Assembly: GCA_031372065.1 (NCBI GenBank)
Contig: JANMKN010000164.1
Span: forward strand, 1 to 14,070
Direction of reading: 5' to 3'
Length of the DNA: 14,070 nucleotides
Source: Abditibacteriaceae bacterium
GTDB taxonomy: Bacteria; Armatimonadota; Abditibacteriia; Abditibacteriales; Abditibacteriaceae
In this document: positions 1-8,775 of the stretch, one piece after another
How the letters are laid out: every line of letters starts with the position of its first letter
Numbering within the stretch: position 1 is the first letter of the stretch
Notes under the pieces: generated by a model
Database searches by the model: none
Told to the model about the DNA's origin: nothing
Seen by the model: only the letters and a program-made list of their open reading frames with translations
Position numbers and translations under genes: made by a program

Positions 1-28
1 TAACAACAAATCAATGGGAGAGACGTTG

Positions 29-60
29 CGACGGGGAGCTTCGTCCGAAGCCCCCCGTCG
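29..60 (-). terminator. GC-rich stem-loop 3' of acnA (terminator, mRNA-stabilising hairpin or REP-like)
   Basis: Arms cgacggggagcttcg (29-43) and cgaagccccccgtcg (46-60). The single mismatch becomes a G-U pair on the minus (acnA) strand. It lies about 40 nt past the acnA stop but has no strong U-tract. Confidence 0.5.
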
Positions 61-99
61 TAAAAATTTGGTGGATAAATCCAGTTTAGCCGATAAAAA

Positions 100-3003
100 T
101 TAACTCACCAACTGCCGTAGCACAAAAGGCAGAATTCCGCCGTGGCGATAATATTCAACTTCAATCGGCGTATCAATGCGCAAAGTCAGCGGAACATTTT
201 CCGAAACGCCATCAGCGCGATGGATGATTAATGTCACATCCTGTTGTGGTTTTACATCGTCAAGGCCAACTAAATCGAAGGTTTCGCTGCCGTCCAAGCC
301 CAGCGTTTGCGCCGTCGTGCCGTCTTTGAATTGCAGCGCCAAAACGCCCATCCCAATGAGATTGGAGCGATGAATGCGCTCGAAACTTTGCGCGATAACG
401 GCTTTGACGCCGAGCAATCGAGTGCCCTTCGCGGCCCAGTCACGCGAAGAGCCGGTGCCATATTCCTGACCGGCGAAAATCATCAGCGGCTTGCTGTCGG
501 CGGCGTAACTTTGCGCGGCGTCGTAAATGCTCATCGTTTCGCCCGTTGGCTGCAATTTCGTCACACCGCCTTCGCTGCCGGGCACCATCAAATTCTTGAT
601 GCGCACGTTGGCGAAAGTGCCGCGCGTCATCACGCGGTCATTGCCGCGCCGCGAGCCATACGAATTAAAGTCTTCGATCTGGACGCCGTTGGCCTGCAAA
701 TACTGGCCGGCAGGCGAACTCGGCTTAATGGCACCGGCGGGCGAAATGTGGTCGGTGGTCACGCTGTCGCCGAAAATGGCAAGGGGACGCGCGCCGGTGA
801 TATTAGAAATCGTGCCGGCTTCCATGCCGAAGTTCTCGAAGAACGGCGGCTCCTGAATATAAGTGGACTGCTCGTTCCACTCATAAAGATTGCCGGTTGG
901 CGCGTGAATGTCGTTCCACAGCGGATTTTCGGCGGCGAAATCGGCATACAAACGCCGGAATGTATCGGCATCGAATGAGGTTTGCAAAAGGTCGCGCACT
1001 TCGTCCAACGTCGGCCAAATGTCCTTGAGATAAACGGGGCCGTCGTGGCCTTGGCCAAGGGGTTCATGCACCATGTCAATCGCGACATTGCCAGCCAACG
1101 CGAAAGCCACCACCAAGGGCGGCGACATCAGGAAATTGGCCTTGACGTTTTGATGCACACGCGCCTCAAAGTTACGATTGCCCGATAGCACACTGGCGAC
1201 GACCAAATCGTTGCCGGTGACGATTTCTTCGATGCGCGGATCAAGTGGCCCTGAGTTGCCGATGCAGGTCGTGCAACCGTAGCCGACGACGTGGAAACCG
1301 ATTTGGTCAAGATACGGCATCAGGCCGCTGTTCGTGAGGTATTCAGTTACGACGCGCGAGCCGGGCGCCAGCGAAGTTTTTACGGTTGGCTTGATGCTCA
1401 GGCCTTTTTCGACAGCCTTTTTCGCCACCAAACCGGCGGCTAACATCACGCTGGGATTGCTGGTATTGGTGCAAGATGTAATCGCCGCGATTACTACATC
1501 GCCATGACCTAAATCGGCCACAGCGCGCGGAAATTCATCCGCCGGAATTTCACTGATGGAAAGGTGAGACGGCGTGGGACTGTCCATCATTTCGGCTTCA
1601 GTTAATTCGGCGGTGTCCTTTTCCGTTTCCAAACCAGCCACAGCGTGCCCGTCTTCGGCGGCAATGGCTTCCGGCGCGGATTCGTTAGCCTGCGCGCCGC
1701 CGCCTTTGATGGTTTTGCTGTATTTGCCGTTTACGCCAATAGTAGTCAGAAAACGCTGGTTCAAAGCGTCCAAGGGCTTGTTGTAGCCGCTTTCGGCAAT
1801 TGGCTTTTGGAACAATTCGATGAAGCGCTCTTTGAGTTCGGGCAAGTTGATGCGATCTTGCGGGCGCTTCGGGCCGGCCACGCCGGGCACCACGTCGGCT
1901 AAATCTAACGTAAGCAGCGTGGAATATTCGATCTCGCCCGCCTGCGGCATTCCAAAGAGATTTTGTGCCTTGAAATAATTGCGGAAAGCCGAAACTTGCT
2001 CTGCGGTGCGGCCCGTGGCTTCGAGGTATCTGCACGATTCTTCGTCCACCGGGAAAAAGCCCATTGTGGCGCCATATTCGGGCGCCATGTTGGCTATCGT
2101 CGCGCGATCCGGCAGCGCCAGCGACTCCGCACCAGCGCCATGAAATTCGACGAACTTGCCGACGACTTTGGCCTTACGCAGCATTTCGGTGACGTGCAGG
2201 GCCAAATCGGTGGCAGTCACGCCCGCGCGCAGGCTGCCCGACAATTCGACGCCCACCACATCGGGCGTCAGAAAATACACCGGCTGACCCAACATTCCCG
2301 CTTCGGCTTCGATGCCGCCCACGCCCCAGCCGACAATGCCGAGGCCGTTAATCATCGTGGTGTGCGAATCGGTTCCGACCAGCGTATCGGGATAATAAAC
2401 GCCGTCTTTGAAAAGCACGCCTTTGGCGAGATATTCGAGGTTGACCTGATGCACAATGCCGATGCCGGGCGGCACCACGCTAAAAGTATCGAAGGCTTGC
2501 ATTCCCCACTTCAAAAATTCATAGCGCGATTGATTGCGCTTGAATTCCATTTCCATGTTAAGTCGCAGCGCATCGGAAGTGGACGAGAAATCGACTTGCA
2601 CAGAATGGTCAACCACCAAGTCCACCGGCACCAGCGGCTCGATAACGCCGGGATTTTTGCCCAAACGCTCGGCGGCGGCGCGCATGGCGGCCAAATCAAC
2701 CAGCAACGGCACGCCGGTAAAGTCCTGCAAGACGATACGCGCCACCACAAAAGGGATTTCATCGGTGCGCGCGGCGTTTGGCTGCCACGAGGCGAGCGTT
2801 TTCACATCGTCTTCGCTAATTTTTATTCCGTCGCAGTTGCGCAAAACCGATTCGAGAACGATACGAATCGAAACCGGCAAGCGCGAGACGGCAAAACCTT
2901 GTTTTTCCAATTGCGGCAGCGAGTAAAATTGCGCGCTTTGTCCGGCGGCGACCTCAAAAGTTTGCAGTGAGTCGAAAAGATTGTGGGGTGAATTTTCGGG
3001 CAT
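100..3003 (-). CDS. acnA: Aconitate hydratase A (AcnA/IRP1 family), 967 aa
   Basis: Motifs [53 protein letters not shown] (three [4Fe-4S] Cys), [31 protein letters not shown]. Start moved to ATG 3003 (MPENSPH), which is preceded by SD-like GAGAGGA. The ORF-track start at 3072 lies inside an inverted repeat. Confidence 0.97.
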   Translation of the reverse strand: MPENSPHNLFDSLQTFEVAAGQSAQFYSLPQLEKQGFAVSRLPVSIRIVLESVLRNCDGIKISEDDVKTLASWQPNAARTDEIPFVVARIVLQDFTGVPLLVDLAAMRAAAERLGKNPGVIEPLVPVDLVVDHSVQVDFSSTSDALRLNMEMEFKRNQSRYEFLKWGMQAFDTFSVVPPGIGIVHQVNLEYLAKGVLFKDGVYYPDTLVGTDSHTTMINGLGIVGWGVGGIEAEAGMLGQPVYFLTPDVVGVELSGSLRAGVTATDLALHVTEMLRKAKVVGKFVEFHGAGAESLALPDRATIANMAPEYGATMGFFPVDEESCRYLEATGRTAEQVSAFRNYFKAQNLFGMPQAGEIEYSTLLTLDLADVVPGVAGPKRPQDRINLPELKERFIELFQKPIAESGYNKPLDALNQRFLTTIGVNGKYSKTIKGGGAQANESAPEAIAAEDGHAVAGLETEKDTAELTEAEMMDSPTPSHLSISEIPADEFPRAVADLGHGDVVIAAITSCTNTSNPSVMLAAGLVAKKAVEKGLSIKPTVKTSLAPGSRVVTEYLTNSGLMPYLDQIGFHVVGYGCTTCIGNSGPLDPRIEEIVTGNDLVVASVLSGNRNFEARVHQNVKANFLMSPPLVVAFALAGNVAIDMVHEPLGQGHDGPVYLKDIWPTLDEVRDLLQTSFDADTFRRLYADFAAENPLWNDIHAPTGNLYEWNEQSTYIQEPPFFENFGMEAGTISNITGARPLAIFGDSVTTDHISPAGAIKPSSPAGQYLQANGVQIEDFNSYGSRRGNDRVMTRGTFANVRIKNLMVPGSEGGVTKLQPTGETMSIYDAAQSYAADSKPLMIFAGQEYGTGSSRDWAAKGTRLLGVKAVIAQSFERIHRSNLIGMGVLALQFKDGTTAQTLGLDGSETFDLVGLDDVKPQQDVTLIIHRADGVSENVPLTLRIDTPIEVEYYRHGGILPFVLRQLVS

Positions 3004-3031
3004 AGTGTCCTCTCTATAAACAGTGCTGTGG

Positions 3032-3185
3032 GTTTGCCTTTGGCCGGTTGAAACCGACCTCTGCAAGGGCAAAGCCCGCCTTCGCGGGCTAAAAATCTAA
3101 AAAACGGGGTGCGAATGAGGTTCTTGAAGCCACGACGGTGGCTTTTGCTCTTGCAGAGGTCGGTTTTAACCGGCCTGAAGCAAAC
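3032..3185. repeat. Inverted pair of REP-like elements (REPIN-like)
   Basis: 3042-3073 ggccggttgaaaccgacctctgcaagggcaaa is the reverse complement of 3144-3175 at 30/32 positions. Each arm carries its own small hairpins (agcccgccttcgcgggct; agccacgacggtggct; ggtcggttttaaccggcc). Flanking gtttgc/gcaaac also pair. Confidence 0.8.
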
Positions 3186-3214
3186 GCGCACCATGACCTC
3201 TATGAACACAAGTC

Positions 3215-3243
3215 ATTTTGTGAACTTTGTGCCCTTTGGTCAA
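3215..3243 (-). promoter_or_regulatory. Putative sigma70 promoter for acnA
   Basis: Minus strand reads TTGACC-17 nt-CAAAAT, pointing towards acnA about 210 nt upstream of its ATG. Confidence 0.35.
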
Positions 3244-3267
3244 GCGTGGTTTGATTATAGAACCCTC

Positions 3268-3519
3268 ATGAACAAAGAGAAACCAAATCTCTGGCTGAAC
3301 ATTTACCTGATGGCCGGGCCATTTTTGTTGACAGTGATCTCCACTTTGCTTACTGGATTGCCCTTGATGGGCCTTTTCGTCATTCCCGGCACTTTTGTCT
3401 CGCTCGTGATGTGGCTAAAAAGCCCTTCAACCCCAGTCAAACAACAATGGCGCAGCCTGTTTCTCGGTTGTTTATTCAGTTACATCTTTCTCGGCGTCTT
3501 GTCTACGCAATGGCCCTAA
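3268..3519 (+). CDS. Small hypothetical membrane protein (83 aa, about 3 hydrophobic segments)
   Basis: MNKEKPNLWLNIYLMAGPFLLTVISTLLTGLPLMGLFVIPGTFVSLVMWLKSP...WRSLFLGCLFSYIFLGVLSTQWP. The longer ORF-track start (3109) runs through the inverted repeat, so ATG 3268 is preferred. Confidence 0.55.
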   Translation: MNKEKPNLWLNIYLMAGPFLLTVISTLLTGLPLMGLFVIPGTFVSLVMWLKSPSTPVKQQWRSLFLGCLFSYIFLGVLSTQWP

Positions 3520-3589
3520 TATCAAGTTTTTCTCGTCCGGTCATACTTTTTTCCCTTGTCTTTCCTGTTTTGCAGGTGTGAACCTGCCC

Positions 3590-3925
3590 TTTCACGACTG
3601 CGGCTCCCGATTTTACGAGTGCGGCGCTCTATTTTATGTCTGCGGCACTGCTTTTTAGGCTTGCGGAACCCTTTTTTAGGTTTGCGGTGCGCGTTTGAAC
3701 GAGTGCGGCAGCGTTTTTTCACCTCTGCGGAACTCATCTCAACTACTGCGGCACCGGGCTTTACGTCTGCGGCGGTTCGCTCAACGACTGCGGCAGTTCG
3801 CTTTACGAGTGCGGCGGTTGACTTTACGACTGCGGCAACGCGCTCAACGACTGCGGCGCTTCGCTTTATGTGCGCGCTCAGGGCCTTCACCCTTGCGGAA
3901 ATGAACTCTACGCGTGCGGCGACAA
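3590..3925. repeat. Degenerate 21-bp-periodic tandem array (about 16 units)
   Basis: TGCGG recurs at 3599, 3620, 3641, 3662, 3683, 3704, then 3726, 3747, 3768, 3789, 3810, 3831, 3852, (3873 degenerate), 3894, 3915. The period is exactly 21 with one +1 shift at the T-run near 3714-3719. Approximate unit: ctttacgactgcggcagttcg. Confidence 0.85.
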
Positions 3926-4000
3926 GCTGCATAGCCCTTTTGCAGCCTAAAAACGCGCCAACTTTTGAAAAACGCTGTCTAAAGCTCGAATTTTACGCCC

Positions 4001-5512
4001 ATGAAAAAATTAATTTTCTCACTGACGCTTTGTTTGTTTTTCGTGTCCCTCGCCCGCGCCGCAACGCCGAACATCGTTTTTATTTATGCCGATGATTTGG
4101 GTTATGGCGACCTCGGTTGCTATGGCGCGACGCGGGTGCAAACGCCGCACGTGGATAAATTGGCTGCCGAAGGTTTGCGTTTCACCGATGCGCATTCGCC
4201 TTCGGCGACTTGCACGCCGTCGCGCTTTGCTTTGCTGACCGGCGAATATGCCTTTCGGCAAAAAGGCACCGGCATTTTGCCGGGCGATGCCGGACTTATC
4301 ATTAAACCGGGCCGCACGACCCTGCCTTCGATGCTGCAAAAAGCCGGTTACACAACGGGCTGCGTCGGCAAATGGCATCTCGGTTTGGGCGCTGAAAACG
4401 GCCCCGATTGGAACGGCGATGTCAAACCCGGCCCGAATGAAGTCGGTTTCGATTATTCGTTTATTATGGCGGCCACAGGTGACCGCGTGCCGTGCGTTTA
4501 TGTCGAAAATGGGCGCGTGCAGAATCTCGCTGCGGACGACCCGATAAAAGTCAGCTACGAAAAGCCATTCGATGATGAATTAACCGGCGCAGCGCATCCC
4601 GAACTTTTGAAGATGCAGCCAAGCCACGGCCACGACCAAACCATTGTCAATGGCGTAAGCCGCATCGGGCACATGAAAGGCGGCAAAAGTGCGCTGTGGA
4701 AAGACGAAGACATGGCTGATGTTTTCACCAGCCATGCTGTTTCGTTTATCGAAAAGCAAAAGCGCAATAAGCCGTTCTTTTTGTATTTTGCGACGCATGA
4801 TATTCACGTCCCGCGCGTGCCGCATCCGCGTTTTGTCGGCCAAACTCCGATGGGGCCGCGCGGCGATGCCATTGTCGAATTCGATTGGAGCGTCGGCGAA
4901 ATTGTGAAAACGTTGGAGCGTTTGAAACTGCGCGACAATACTTTGCTCATCATCAGCAGCGACAACGGCCCGGTCATTGATGACGGCTACAAAGATGGCG
5001 CCGTAATGAAACTGGGCGATCACAAAGCAGCGGGGCCATTGCGCGGCGGAAAATATAGCGCTTTTGAAGGCGGCACGCGCGTGCCATTTATCACCAATTG
5101 GCCGGGGCACATTAAATCGGGCGTGTCCGATGCACTGATTTCGCAAGTGGATTTTTTGGCGAGTTTCGCGACGTTGACCAACCAAAAATTAGCCGACGAT
5201 GATGCGCCGGATAGCTTTAATGTGATGCCCGCGATGCTCGGCGAATCGAAAATCGGGCGCGATCGATTAGTCGAACACGCGGGCTTGTTATCGCTGCGTC
5301 AAGGCGATTGGAAATACATTGAGCCGGGCAAAGGCGCCAAAAAATTCGCAGCCACCAACACCGAAAGCGGCGCCGACCCGCAGGGGCAGCTTTTCAATTT
5401 AAAAGATGACATCGGCGAAACGAAAAACATCGCTGCCGAAAATACGGCCAAAGCGCAGGAAATGGCCGCCCTGCTGAAGAAATTGCGCGAAGATGGTCGT
5501 TCGCGCCCCTGA
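4001..5512 (+). CDS. Arylsulfatase (S1, Cys-type formylglycine-dependent sulfatase) with Sec signal peptide
   Basis: Signal peptide MKKLIFSLTLCLFFVSLARA; PNIVFIYADDLGYGD; catalytic CTPSRFALLTG (CxPxR); GKWHLG; SSDNG; LRGGK; EGGTRVP. Confidence 0.95.
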   Translation: MKKLIFSLTLCLFFVSLARAATPNIVFIYADDLGYGDLGCYGATRVQTPHVDKLAAEGLRFTDAHSPSATCTPSRFALLTGEYAFRQKGTGILPGDAGLIIKPGRTTLPSMLQKAGYTTGCVGKWHLGLGAENGPDWNGDVKPGPNEVGFDYSFIMAATGDRVPCVYVENGRVQNLAADDPIKVSYEKPFDDELTGAAHPELLKMQPSHGHDQTIVNGVSRIGHMKGGKSALWKDEDMADVFTSHAVSFIEKQKRNKPFFLYFATHDIHVPRVPHPRFVGQTPMGPRGDAIVEFDWSVGEIVKTLERLKLRDNTLLIISSDNGPVIDDGYKDGAVMKLGDHKAAGPLRGGKYSAFEGGTRVPFITNWPGHIKSGVSDALISQVDFLASFATLTNQKLADDDAPDSFNVMPAMLGESKIGRDRLVEHAGLLSLRQGDWKYIEPGKGAKKFAATNTESGADPQGQLFNLKDDIGETKNIAAENTAKAQEMAALLKKLREDGRSRP

Positions 5513-5518
5513 AAATTT

Positions 5519-7174
5519 ATGAACGAGTTTCGCAACATCCGTAACGGCTTGGAAATTCCGCGCGAGCATTATTGCGATCAGCCTTATGTGGTTCACACCG
5601 ACGACGGCGCATGGCTGTGTTGCATGACGACTGCGCACGGCGAAGAAGGCGCGCAAACACAGCACGTTGTTTCGGTGCGCTCGAAAGACAAAGGCAAAAC
5701 ATGGGAGCCATTGGTTGACATCGAACCGGCTGGCCCGCCGGAGGCTTCTTATGTCACGGTTTTGAAAATACCTTCCGGACGAATCTGCGCGTTTTATAAT
5801 CACAACACCGACAATGTGCGCGAAGTGATTTCCGATTTGGGCAAGGAAAAACGTGTGGACACGCTTGGTCATTTTGTGTGGAAATTTAGCGATGACAACG
5901 GCAAAAGTTGGTCGGTGAATCGCTACGAAATTCCGGTGCGCGAAACGCAAATTGACCGCGAAAATCCGTATGGCGGCACCATTCGGTTTTTCTGGCACGT
6001 CGGCAGGCCGCTTATTCACAAAGGCGCGGCTTATGTCACGCTGCACAAAGTCGGGCGCTTTGGCAAAGGTTTTATGGTGCGCTCCGAAGGCGTCTTTTTG
6101 CGCAGCGATAATTTATTAGTCGAACGCGACCCCGAAAAAGTCCGCTGGGAAACCTTGCCCGACGGCGATATTGGCTTGCGCAGCGTCGAAAAGCTCATCG
6201 CCGAAGAGCAAAGCATCGTGCCGCTTTCCGATGGCTCGCTTTATTGCGTTTATCGGACGATTGAAGGCCATCCTTGCCATGCTTATTCACGCGATGATGG
6301 GCACACTTGGACGAAGCCCAGTTACATGAGCTATGCGCCCGGCGGCAAATTAGTCAAGCATCCGCGCGCCGCGAATTTTGTGTGGAAAGCGAGTAACGGC
6401 AAGTTTCTCTATTGGTTTCACAATCACGGCGGCCAATGGTATGATGACCGCAACCCAGCATGGCTGTGCGGCGGCATCGAAAAAGAGGGCTTCATTCACT
6501 GGTCGCAACCGGAAATTGCGCTCTACGATCCCGACCCTAAAACGCGCATTAGCTATCCCGATTTCATCGAAGAAAACGGGCGCTATTATTTAACCGAAAC
6601 GCAAAAAACTATCGCGCGCGTGCATGAAATTGACGCCTCGCTTTTGGAAGGCTTATGGCATCAGCACGAAAACAAAACCATAGCGCGCGATGGTTTGGCG
6701 ATAGATTTCACCGGCCCGTTACCGCACGAGTTGAAGTTCTCGGCCACCAACGGTTTTGCTTTTGATTTTTGGTGGACGCCGCAAGATTTAAATGCGGGAC
6801 GTGTGTTGTTGGAAGCGCATGGCACCTTTGCGTTATCGCTTGTTGAAAACGGCGCTTTGCAAATTGATTTTGCGAAGGAAAAAGTAAATTGGCGCAGCGA
6901 TGCAGGCCTTTTGCAAATCGGAAAAAAACATCATGTCGCGGTTATCGCTGATGGCGGGCCGGGCATTTTGATGTTTGTTGTTGATGGCGTTTTGTGCGAT
7001 GGCGGCACGCAGCGACAATTTGGCTGGGGCCGTGTCAATCCCGATTTATGCACGCCGCAAAATGTCGAATTAAATTTGAGCGGCCAATTTATGCAGGAAC
7101 TTTCCAATCTGCGCGTTTATAATCGCGCCTTGCGTGTTTCGGAGGCTGTCGGCAATTGGCGCGCGGGTTTGTAA
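5519..7174 (+). CDS. BNR/Asp-box beta-propeller (sialidase/GH33-like) protein with C-terminal LamG/ConA-like domain
   Basis: Asp-boxes SKDKGKTW, SDDNGKSW, SRDDGHTW; SYPD near the propeller end. The C-terminal region has LamG-like HHVAVI...MFVVDG and LRVYNRAL...E. Starts 6 nt after the sulfatase stop. Confidence 0.8.
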   Translation: MNEFRNIRNGLEIPREHYCDQPYVVHTDDGAWLCCMTTAHGEEGAQTQHVVSVRSKDKGKTWEPLVDIEPAGPPEASYVTVLKIPSGRICAFYNHNTDNVREVISDLGKEKRVDTLGHFVWKFSDDNGKSWSVNRYEIPVRETQIDRENPYGGTIRFFWHVGRPLIHKGAAYVTLHKVGRFGKGFMVRSEGVFLRSDNLLVERDPEKVRWETLPDGDIGLRSVEKLIAEEQSIVPLSDGSLYCVYRTIEGHPCHAYSRDDGHTWTKPSYMSYAPGGKLVKHPRAANFVWKASNGKFLYWFHNHGGQWYDDRNPAWLCGGIEKEGFIHWSQPEIALYDPDPKTRISYPDFIEENGRYYLTETQKTIARVHEIDASLLEGLWHQHENKTIARDGLAIDFTGPLPHELKFSATNGFAFDFWWTPQDLNAGRVLLEAHGTFALSLVENGALQIDFAKEKVNWRSDAGLLQIGKKHHVAVIADGGPGILMFVVDGVLCDGGTQRQFGWGRVNPDLCTPQNVELNLSGQFMQELSNLRVYNRALRVSEAVGNWRAGL

Positions 7175-7186
7175 ATTTGCAAAACA

Positions 7187-7855
7187 ATGGATTCTTCTAC
7201 CGAGCCAGATTTAATCTATGCGTTTGAACCGCGTTGGCCTGCGGCGATGGCTTTGCTTGCGGTGGGTGGCTTGCACGCCGCCTTGCCGCGCGATGTAGCG
7301 ACGGGGCCGCGTTGGTTTGTCTTGTGTTTAGTGACGATGCTGCTGATTCCCACTTATGCCGCCTACAAACGCGGCAACTTTGAACTCAATCATCGTTTGG
7401 CGTTGCTTGTCAATGGCTCAGTCACGATTTCGATGATATGGTCGCTAATTTTGCTGGTGATGGCCTTGCCGACACACAAAGAATCGCCCGGTGCTTTGCT
7501 GCGTTCGGCGGGCGCATTGTGGGTGACGAATATTTTAGTTTTCGCCTCGTGGTATTGGCGCTTGGATGCCGGTGGCCCGCATCGCCGCGATGTGCGGCCC
7601 GGCCATCCCGATGGCGCTTTTCTCTTTCCGCAAATGACGCTTTCCGATGAAGACAAAATTAGTTGTGATGCCGTCAACTGGTCACCGGGCTTTGTGGATT
7701 ATTTGTTCCTTGCCTTCAACACCAGCACCGCCCTTTCGCCCACCGACGTGCCGGTTTTATCACGCTGGGCCAAAGGCTTGATGATGGTGCAAAGTTCAAT
7801 TTCTCTGGCAATCATCGCGCTCTTAGCCGCCCGCGCCGTGAATATATTGAAGTAG
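7187..7855 (+). CDS. DUF1345-family membrane protein
   Basis: Several hydrophobic helices plus YWRLDAGGP, FLFPQM, WSPGFVDYLFLAFNTSTALSPTDVPVLSRWAKGLMMVQS and ARAVNIL, which I recognise as typical of DUF1345. Confidence 0.8.
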   Translation: MDSSTEPDLIYAFEPRWPAAMALLAVGGLHAALPRDVATGPRWFVLCLVTMLLIPTYAAYKRGNFELNHRLALLVNGSVTISMIWSLILLVMALPTHKESPGALLRSAGALWVTNILVFASWYWRLDAGGPHRRDVRPGHPDGAFLFPQMTLSDEDKISCDAVNWSPGFVDYLFLAFNTSTALSPTDVPVLSRWAKGLMMVQSSISLAIIALLAARAVNILK

Positions 7856-7931
7856 GTTTTTATGAATAAACTATCGCACTAAAGCCTATAATTTCCTCGG
7901 CTTGTCAAATATACATTGATGAAACCAAAAC

Positions 7932-7968
7932 AAAAAGCGGGACGCGAATCATTCGCGTCCCGCTTTTT
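7932..7968. terminator. Bidirectional intrinsic terminator
   Basis: Perfect 18-bp inverted repeat aaaaagcgggacgcgaat-c-attcgcgtcccgcttttt with T-runs on both strands, between convergent genes. Confidence 0.9.
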
Positions 7969-7977
7969 TCTTGGATG

Positions 7978-8157
7978 TTAAGCCGCTTTCTGTTGGAGTG
8001 AAGTGGCCGTATCTGCGGAAACTTTGCTTGATGCTTGCGATTGCGCCTTAGCGTTTTTCTCCGCCTCGACAATTCTTTTGGCGTTCAACTTGGCCTTTTC
8101 CAAAGCCTGTTGCATTTGCTCCCGGCCTTTTCGTCCACTGGTGCGAATTGTAGTCAT
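7978..8157 (-). CDS. Small hypothetical protein, 59 aa (not in ORF track)
   Basis: MTTIRTSGRKGREQMQQALEKAKLNAKRIVEAEKNAKAQSQASSKVSADTATSLQQKAA*. The ATG is 2 nt after the upstream gene's stop and is preceded by purine-rich GGAGAAAGGCGGGA. The stop lies just before the terminator. Confidence 0.65.
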   Translation of the reverse strand: MTTIRTSGRKGREQMQQALEKAKLNAKRIVEAEKNAKAQSQASSKVSADTATSLQQKAA

Positions 8158-8159
8158 GG

Positions 8160-8717
8160 TTAATCCCGCCTTTCTCCAATACGGTAAATTATGCCATATT
8201 GCTTTGCCATCAATCCAGTAGCGCGTTCATAGAATTCAGCTTCTGTCAAGTTGGAGTTTTGCTGTAATTGCTCAATGGCGATGGTAGTCAAGGCATTAGA
8301 CAAAGCCACTTCTATCACCCCTTCGCTGATTATGTCAACTCCAATCCAATTGGACGGCTTATGCAATGAGTAGGTTCGATGCGCGCTGACAACATGAGAT
8401 TGGTCAATGAGAGGCTCGTTAAGCAGATTGAACCAGTCGCGAACACTGTGCGGAAAACCGTCAGGATGCGAATGCAAAACGGCGACAATTTCGTTTGGCG
8501 GGAGGAGCGTTTCCACTTCGTCACGACTGCCGATTTGAAAGTCAAATTCCTCACCGTTGTGCTTCAATACAACGGAACCCGCCTCATCGGAATCGGGGCT
8601 GGTAAAGCGAAGTAATTTTTCCAACGCCCGCGCCTTGCCGACTTGAAATGCCGCCGATTCGGTTTCTATTGAATCGCCTATCCAATGATGCCGTTCCTCA
8701 AAATCGTGCGCTCTCAT
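8160..8717 (-). CDS. JAB/MPN(JAMM)-like metallo-hydrolase domain protein
   Basis: Upstream Glu (DEAGSVVL) and VAVLHSHPDGFPHSVRD = HxH-x6-S-xx-D, close to the JAMM E...HxH-x7-Sxx-D motif. Confidence 0.7.
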   Translation of the reverse strand: MRAHDFEERHHWIGDSIETESAAFQVGKARALEKLLRFTSPDSDEAGSVVLKHNGEEFDFQIGSRDEVETLLPPNEIVAVLHSHPDGFPHSVRDWFNLLNEPLIDQSHVVSAHRTYSLHKPSNWIGVDIISEGVIEVALSNALTTIAIEQLQQNSNLTEAEFYERATGLMAKQYGIIYRIGERRD

Positions 8718-8775
8718 TTGTTTTTCTAATACCGTATTGAATACATGAGGTGATGCATAATAGAGGCAGCATCAT

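Noticed and set aside
176..2970. Long antisense and alternative-frame ORFs in acnA (and similarly in the sulfatase, propeller and SBP genes)
   Set aside because: These are shadow ORFs expected from GC-biased codon usage and have no recognisable motifs.
3004..3267. Extended starts for acnA (3072) and the small membrane ORF (3109)
   Set aside because: Both extensions translate the inverted-repeat region. acnA has a good SD at 3003.
3522..4095. ORFs 3522-3932 (-) and 3556-4095 (+) as genes
   Set aside because: They are products of the periodic array. The peptide pattern changes abruptly at the +1 phase shift, and the plus-strand ORF overlaps the sulfatase start.
7887..7908. TATAAT (+) and TTGACA (-) hexamers after the DUF1345 gene
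   Set aside because: They are on opposite strands, and neither has a correctly spaced partner element.
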